Position numbers and translations under genes: made by a program. Shown in pieces: positions 58,325 through 64,000 of a DNA stretch of 64,000 nt. The notes below the pieces were generated by a model. The model did no database searches. It saw only the letters and a list, made by a program, of their open reading frames with translations, and had not been told where the DNA came from. The number at the start of each line of letters is the position of its first letter. Positions within the stretch are counted from its first letter, which is position 1. Source of the stretch: Terriglobia bacterium (lineage in GTDB: Bacteria > Acidobacteriota > Terriglobia > 20CM-2-55-15); the NCBI GenBank assembly GCA_965198225.1, contig CBDAOY010000003.1:64001-128000 (forward strand), written 5' to 3'.

Positions 58325-59643
58325 CAGTAGTGTCCGACAGATTTAGGACCTCCCGGTCCTAAAGTTAGAACTGACGCGATGTAGCGCGCTTGTCAAGGTG
58401 TTAACGATTTGATTTCTGTGCGGCCTTCGCGGCAGCCTTTCCAGAGGTTTCTGGGAGGCACCGATGCACGCTGGCAAGCTGGTCTTCGCACAAGTCATGG
58501 AGTTCGCGCCGTGGTATACGTTCCGTCGTCTGGTGACCAAGTACCGCGGCAATTTCAACGTCCGCACATTCAGTTGCCTGGACCAGTTCCTATGCATGGC
58601 CTTCGCTCAGCTGACCTATCGGGAGAGCCTGCGCGACATTCAAGCCTGCTTGCGAGCCCAACCCGCCAAGCTCTACCACCTGGGGTTGCACGGGAAGGTC
58701 AGCCGCAGTGCATTGGCCGATGCCAACGAGTCTCGCGACTGGCGCATCTACGGAGAGTTCGCTCAGGCGCTGATCCGCATCGCACGCCGCTTGTATGCCC
58801 ACGAGCCGCTCGGGATCGACCTGGACGAAACCGTCTACGCGCTCGACTCCACGATGATCAGTCTGTGCTTGTCGCTGTTCCCTTGGGCGCACTTTCGAAA
58901 GACCGAAGCCGCGGTGAAGCTTCATACGCTGCTCGACCTGCGTGGCGGTATCCCCAGCTTCATCCACATCTCCGAAGGCAGGCTGCACGACGTCAACGTT
59001 CTCGACCTGCTCATCGCCGAAGCCGGTGCTTTCTACGTGATGGACCGCGGCTATCTCGACTTCGATCGCCTCTACACCTTCAATCAAGCCGGGAGCTTCT
59101 TCGTCACCCGTGCTCGATCCGACTTCGCGTTCAAGCGCATCTACTCCCAACCCGTCGACCGACACACGGGCCTCATCTGCGATCAGACTATCGAACTGAC
59201 CGTATTTCGCTCCCGCCGCGGCTACCCCGAACGGTTGCGTCGCATTCGTTATCGCGATCCCGAGGGTCGGCGACTGGTTTTCTTGACCAATCACATGACG
59301 CTCCCAGCCCGGACCATCTGCGAGTTGTATCGCCTGCGCTGGCAGGTGGAGCTGTTCTTCAAATGGATCAAACAGCACCTGCGCATCAAGCGTTTCTTCG
59401 GCACTTCCGAGAACGCCGTCAAAACTCAGGTCTGGGTCGCCGTGAGCGTTTACGTGCTGGTGGCTATCGTGCGTAAAGAACTGAATTTGCCTTTGTCGTT
59501 GCACTCAATGTTACAGATCTTGAGTGTCACACCATTTGAGAATGTGCCTCTTTTTCAGCTGCTTACCGAATCCGGGCTCATCTCAAATCGACACTCTAAC
59601 GCTAACCAATTGAATCTATTCTGAAACGTGTCGGACACTACTG
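58325..59643 (+). mobile_element. Complete IS4-family insertion sequence
   Basis: Terminal inverted repeats CAGTAGTGTCCGACA / TGTCGGACACTACTG; 9-bp target duplication GCAACTGAC at 58316-58324 and 59644-59652. Confidence 0.95.
58464..59624 (+). CDS. IS4-family DDE transposase (DUF4372 N-terminus)
   Basis: ALDST, MDRGY and YRLRWQVELFFKWIKQ (YREK signature). Confidence 0.96.
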   Translation: MHAGKLVFAQVMEFAPWYTFRRLVTKYRGNFNVRTFSCLDQFLCMAFAQLTYRESLRDIQACLRAQPAKLYHLGLHGKVSRSALADANESRDWRIYGEFAQALIRIARRLYAHEPLGIDLDETVYALDSTMISLCLSLFPWAHFRKTEAAVKLHTLLDLRGGIPSFIHISEGRLHDVNVLDLLIAEAGAFYVMDRGYLDFDRLYTFNQAGSFFVTRARSDFAFKRIYSQPVDRHTGLICDQTIELTVFRSRRGYPERLRRIRYRDPEGRRLVFLTNHMTLPARTICELYRLRWQVELFFKWIKQHLRIKRFFGTSENAVKTQVWVAVSVYVLVAIVRKELNLPLSLHSMLQILSVTPFENVPLFQLLTESGLISNRHSNANQLNLF

Positions 59644-59766
59644 GCAACTGACAACTGATCCCGGGTACAATACCCGGGATCGATCGGTGTCCGATCGCGT
59701 CTGCGCCTGGGATCAGGAGATTGGTGCTCCTCATCATCAGGCGCTCTCCGTTTCTGGAGGGTTTGT

Positions 59767-60972
59767 TTGGGAGTTTACAAGTGTCACGCGGTGCTGATGT
59801 GGTCTCTGCTCCTGGCCGTCACGTTTGCGGCCGTGCCTCGCTACGTGGAGATGGAGTTCCACGCGGCTGCTGCCGCGGCTCCCCCCGAGCTCCCCGCCCC
59901 GCTCGAGTTCGTCAAGGGGACCTTCGGCCGGAACGAGACGCTCTCGACTACCCTGGCCGCTCACGATGTGTCCCACTTCGTGGCCTACCAGGTCGCGCAA
60001 GCTGTTCGACCCGTCTTCGATGTCCGGAGTTTCAAGCCTGGTCAAGCGTTCCAGATCATCAGAGAGGCCGACGGCAGCCTGCGTGCGTTTGATTACACGA
60101 TCGACGATGAGCGGATCCTCAGGGTCGAGCGGAAAGATGACGAGTTCCTCGGTCGCGTGGATGAGCTCGAGTTCGAAGTCATTTCCGGGACGGTGTCAGC
60201 TACGATTACCAGTTCGTTGTGGGATGCCCTGGATGGGGCTCCTAAACGCGGTTGGCTCGTCATGGAACTGGAGCAGATCTACCAGTACGACATCGATTTT
60301 TTCAAAGAGATTCGGCCCGGCGATTCAATCAACCTAATCATCGAGGAGAAATACCACCGCGGCAAGTTCGTCAAGTATGGTCCCGTGCGGGCGGCGGAGT
60401 TCGTCAACCAGGGACGCCCCTACCAGGCGTATCTCTTCCGTGACGCGTACTACGACGAGAAGGGCATGGGCGTGGAGCGCTCGCTGCTGCGTGCACCGCT
60501 GCTCTACTCCAGGGTCAGCTCGCGTTTTTCTTATCGGCGTCTGCACCCAATTTACCGGACGGTGCGTCCCCACCTGGGCGTGGACTACGCTGCCCCGACC
60601 GGAACGCCGGTTCAGACCGTGGGCAACGGCACCGTGACTTTCGCGGGCACGAATGGTGGGTTCGGGCGAATGGTGACGGTGCGACATCCGAACGGCATGA
60701 CGACGTCCTACGCCCATCTATCCCGGATATCGGTCAGCCGTGGCCAAAAGGTGAAAAGGGGAGACACGGTAGGTCTGGTGGGCATGACGGGGACGGCAAC
60801 GGGGCCCCATCTCGATTACCGGATGACCGTCAACGGAAGACCCGTCAATCCCTTGACGGTCAAAGCCGATCCTCCAAAGCCGATCGCCCCCCGCTACAAG
60901 GACGAGTATCTCCGCTTCATCACGGATCTGCATACCGGGCTGCAGGATCTCGCGATCCAGGTCGGTAACTAG
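59767..60972 (+). CDS. M23 peptidoglycan DD-endopeptidase (MepM-like); start uncertain
   Basis: HLGVDYAAPTGTP, YAHL and TGPHLDY. Confidence 0.93.
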   Translation: MGVYKCHAVLMWSLLLAVTFAAVPRYVEMEFHAAAAAAPPELPAPLEFVKGTFGRNETLSTTLAAHDVSHFVAYQVAQAVRPVFDVRSFKPGQAFQIIREADGSLRAFDYTIDDERILRVERKDDEFLGRVDELEFEVISGTVSATITSSLWDALDGAPKRGWLVMELEQIYQYDIDFFKEIRPGDSINLIIEEKYHRGKFVKYGPVRAAEFVNQGRPYQAYLFRDAYYDEKGMGVERSLLRAPLLYSRVSSRFSYRRLHPIYRTVRPHLGVDYAAPTGTPVQTVGNGTVTFAGTNGGFGRMVTVRHPNGMTTSYAHLSRISVSRGQKVKRGDTVGLVGMTGTATGPHLDYRMTVNGRPVNPLTVKADPPKPIAPRYKDEYLRFITDLHTGLQDLAIQVGN

Positions 60973-61131
60973 GCCACGGATTACACGGACAGCAAGAAGC
61001 AGGCCACGGATTACACGGACAGGAAAGAAACCGTCGTCTGCTCTCCGAAAGACATTGTCCTAATCCGATAAATCCGTGCAATCCGTGGCTGAAACTATCC
61101 GCGTAATCCTGGTGAATCGGCGTAATCGGTG
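60973..61131. repeat. GCCACGGATTACACGGA repeat/hairpin cluster
   Basis: Two direct copies of AGGCCACGGATTACACGGACAG, opposed by ATCCGTGCAATCCGTGGC. Confidence 0.82.
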
Positions 61132-61132
61132 T

Positions 61133-62143
61133 CTACGGTAGCTCGTCGTTCAGTTCCTGAAAGACTTTCCTTATTGCTGTGGGTCCCTGGCTTGATGACA
61201 GCCTCCATCCGGCCAGGTCTCCCCAATCTGCCTGTTCGTCCCCTTCTTCCGGACTCAGGCCCGCCTCGTGGAGCCGCGTTGCTTCCGCGATGACCGCTTC
61301 GAGGGCACGACGGTATTCGGCCAGTTCCTCACGGGAGACTTCCGGTTCCTCGACGAAACCGTGCCCCGGAATGTAGGTCTCCACATCCATGTTCTGTGCC
61401 TTGTCGATGACTTCGACCCACTCGGAAGGGTAGGCGGAGCGCATCGCCGGGAAGACCCGATTCAGGAATGCCTCGCTCATGAACAGGATCCTTTCCGCCG
61501 GCAGGTACACGTGGAGATCTCCGCCGGTGTGCGCCCGGCCCAGGAACAGGATCTGGATCTCCTTGCCTCCCATCGTGATCGTCCTCTGGTCGTCGACGGT
61601 CTCGGTCGGGACGACGATCGGCGGGGGCTCGGCACCGCCCCGTCCGCGTCGGTTGGGGTTGTTCGCCGAACGTTCCAGGGTGGCCTTCGATGTCGATGAA
61701 GAGATGAAGGTCGCCTCGGACGGGAATTCGCTGTTGCCACTGGTGTGGTCGCCGTGATCGGAGCAGATCACGACGTGGGTGATCGGTTGTTCGGTGATCT
61801 GCCCGATCTCATCGATCATGCGTCTGGTTTCTTCCGCGTTTCCCTGGCCATCTGCGACCAGTACCCCTTCGTCGGTTACCACGAACATGCTGACCGTCGT
61901 GAACGGTTCATCGCCGCCCACACCGCGAAGCTGCTCGTAGGAATAGACGCCCGCCGCCAGTTCCTTGACGCGGGGGAAGTCGGCCGCGCCGAGACCCCGG
62001 GCTGCCGGGTCGGCCGTCCGCACGAGGGGCGGTGGCGCGGCCTCGGCGGGCGCTTCCTCTTCCGGCTCTTCGGCGGGAGCGCATGCGGCCAGTACTAGCA
62101 TAGTAAACAGAACAAAAATCGGTCCTCGGGTCTTGCTCGTCAT
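61133..62143 (-). CDS. Metallo-beta-lactamase-fold lipoprotein (cyclase-like)
   Basis: Lipobox LAAC; SDHGDHTSGN (first His of HxHxDH replaced), AHTGGD and IPGHG. Confidence 0.85.
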   Translation of the reverse strand: MTSKTRGPIFVLFTMLVLAACAPAEEPEEEAPAEAAPPPLVRTADPAARGLGAADFPRVKELAAGVYSYEQLRGVGGDEPFTTVSMFVVTDEGVLVADGQGNAEETRRMIDEIGQITEQPITHVVICSDHGDHTSGNSEFPSEATFISSSTSKATLERSANNPNRRGRGGAEPPPIVVPTETVDDQRTITMGGKEIQILFLGRAHTGGDLHVYLPAERILFMSEAFLNRVFPAMRSAYPSEWVEVIDKAQNMDVETYIPGHGFVEEPEVSREELAEYRRALEAVIAEATRLHEAGLSPEEGDEQADWGDLAGWRLSSSQGPTAIRKVFQELNDELP

Positions 62144-62381
62144 CTAGTCCTCCCGTGTGTGGGCAGCTATTTGAGCACAGGGAGCAATCCGACTCAAGCC
62201 AGCTTTTTTTGATGGGTGACCTAGACAAGTATGGCCTTGTCGGCGGGGCGGGGGAGGCCAACGTGAAGACAGCGTACCTAACATGAATAAGCATAATTCC
62301 TAGGTTTACGCCCTATTGATTTCGATCGTGGTCTGGTGATTAAATCTGGCTGCTTCATCTTCTTCAAAAACTACAGAAACT

Positions 62382-62840
62382 ATGATCTCGCCCGTACCCG
62401 GAGAACCCACGCCCGACATTGTGCTCGTCGACGACGATCCCGACGTCCTCCGAGCCACTCGCCAGGCTCTGTCGCTGGCCGGGTTTCCCGTCTCAGAGAC
62501 CACCGATCCCAGAAAGGCCATCGAGATCCTCTCGGAGACTACCGAGCGGCTCTGTCTCCTGGTCACCGACGTTTCGATGCCCAATCTGAGCGGACCGGAG
62601 TTGGCTCGCCAGGCTTATCGCAAGTGTCCGAACCTGCGGGTTCTCTTCATTTCAGGCGGGTTCGACAGCGAAGTGAAGTTTCGGTGGAGCGACCCGCAGC
62701 TGCAGAAGCCCTTTACGCCGGATCAGCTGGTGCGCGAGGTCAAGCGTGTGATCGCGGGCGAGCAGTCCGATCGTTGGATGAGGGCGACGGAGGAACTTGA
62801 CTGGGCGGGTCCGGAGCGTCGCTCAAAATCCCTCGTCTGA
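62382..62840 (+). CDS. Single-domain response regulator receiver
   Basis: LVDDD, VTDVSMP, FISG and QKPF. Confidence 0.88.
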   Translation: MISPVPGEPTPDIVLVDDDPDVLRATRQALSLAGFPVSETTDPRKAIEILSETTERLCLLVTDVSMPNLSGPELARQAYRKCPNLRVLFISGGFDSEVKFRWSDPQLQKPFTPDQLVREVKRVIAGEQSDRWMRATEELDWAGPERRSKSLV

Positions 62841-62994
62841 TTCCAGGACGTCTTTCCACAGCCGCCTCAGGAAGCGCCAGGCCGTCGGGTCGCTTTCTCG
62901 AGTTCAAAAGCCAGATGTTCCAGGCGACCTCTCCAGCTTCGAAACGAGACATGATTTAGTCTCGCGTTCCCCGGCACCTGTTACAGGCCACTAG

Positions 62995-64000
62995 CAGGCT
63001 GCTGAAAAACTTCGTTCGTTAAGAGAACGAGGGCTTCGATTGGGAATCTCAGAGCAATGAACGCCGAGGTGAATGACGAAAGTGAGAAATCGGTCATCCG
63101 ATGGAGACGGATTGAGGGGCCAGGCGATCCAGAGTGGCCTGTGTTGATCCATTCAGCAGGTCTCCATTGTGAGATTCCGTATGCGAACCATGTTGTAGGC
63201 GGCCGCGGCGAAAGTGAACATCCAGCCCACTCGATCCGCCCCGCGATGGCGCGTCTTGCGCATCGTGCCAACGGTCTTCATCCAGCCAAAGATTTCTTCG
63301 ACGCGCTTGCGCTTCCGTTGACTGACCCGGTAGCTGTCGTGTCGCACGGTGCGCCGGTCGATCGCAGTGAACTGTCGTTTCTGAGCGACATGAGGTGTCA
63401 CCTTCAACGCGCGTGCCTGAGAGACAAACGACCGGGTGTCGTAGCCCTTGTCCGCACCCAGAGTTGCGCGTCCCGCTCCCGATACGCCGGCAACCATCCT
63501 CAAAGCGGCTTCGCGTTCCGCTGTCCCGGTCGCGGCGGTGACTTCGGCATCGACCACCAGTCCGTGCCGGTTGTCCATGAGCACATGTCCCATGTAATTG
63601 AGTTTCGCTTCAGTCCCAAGCGACTTGCGAAACATCCGGGCACCCGGGTCCGTCGTCGATTGATGCGTCTGATTCGTCCGCTGTTCCCCGTGAAAATGGA
63701 CATCGGGGTTCCGCGGCCCACGCCGGTTCTTTCGCCGCACCTTCCCTTTCTTTCGGAAGCTCTTCTGTCCGGCCCACGCTTCAATCAGCGTTCCGTCCAC
63801 GCTGAAATGTTCATCCGAAAGCAGACGGCTCGCGCGTGCCTTCTCCACCACAGCCCGGAAGAACAACTCGGCGACTTCTCCGGCCAACAATCGGTCACGG
63901 TTCTTGGTAAACACCGTCGGTACCCATACCTCGTCGTCCAGGCTCAGGCCAACGAACCAGCGAAACAGCAGGTTATAGTTCAGCTGCTCCATCAACATCC
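62995..64000 (-). mobile_element. IS5-family insertion sequence, partial (runs off the window)
   Basis: End CAGGCTGCTGAAAAAC directly after a CTAG target (62991-62994); transposase gene inside. Confidence 0.78.
63153..63998 (-). CDS. IS5-family transposase, 3' part
   Basis: FSVDGTLIEAWA, GADKGYD and RKRVEEIFGWMK. Confidence 0.93.
   Translation of the reverse strand: MLMEQLNYNLLFRWFVGLSLDDEVWVPTVFTKNRDRLLAGEVAELFFRAVVEKARASRLLSDEHFSVDGTLIEAWAGQKSFRKKGKVRRKNRRGPRNPDVHFHGEQRTNQTHQSTTDPGARMFRKSLGTEAKLNYMGHVLMDNRHGLVVDAEVTAATGTAEREAALRMVAGVSGAGRATLGADKGYDTRSFVSQARALKVTPHVAQKRQFTAIDRRTVRHDSYRVSQRKRKRVEEIFGWMKTVGTMRKTRHRGADRVGWMFTFAAAAYNMVRIRNLTMETC

Overview
GC-rich bacterial chromosome segment, probably Acidobacteriota (inferred from gene content and protein style, not from a search). 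Positions 1-9.7 kb hold a tandemly duplicated minus-strand module: TPR-CHAT caspase-like protease, small beta-sandwich protein, exported S8 subtilase, soluble NarX-type histidine kinase and NarL-type regulator. Each subtilase carries an array of 17-aa DQSTMSLFW repeats between its catalytic Asp and His, and this module is the best candidate for an undescribed system. The left copy keeps only a decayed CHAT 3' remnant. The other CHAT gene is cut at its 5' end, at a ~200-bp inversion that also splits an EamA gene. Next come a UbiD decarboxylase, an ECF sigma/anti-sigma/HEAT-repeat operon, the rimP-nusA-infB-rbfA-truB-rpsO-pnp cluster, an LPS inner-core/lipid A operon, gap-pgk-tpiA-secG-tRNA-Leu, a copper TolC/multicopper oxidase pair, a DUF1460-GT2-DUF4922-SpoIID operon and assorted enzymes. 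Mobile DNA includes a complete IS4-family element, a partial IS5-family element, a 179-bp MITE and several dispersed REP-like palindrome families. Several frameshifts, short deletions and inversion junctions could be real decay or assembly artefacts. All family calls come from motif recognition by eye; no searches were run.
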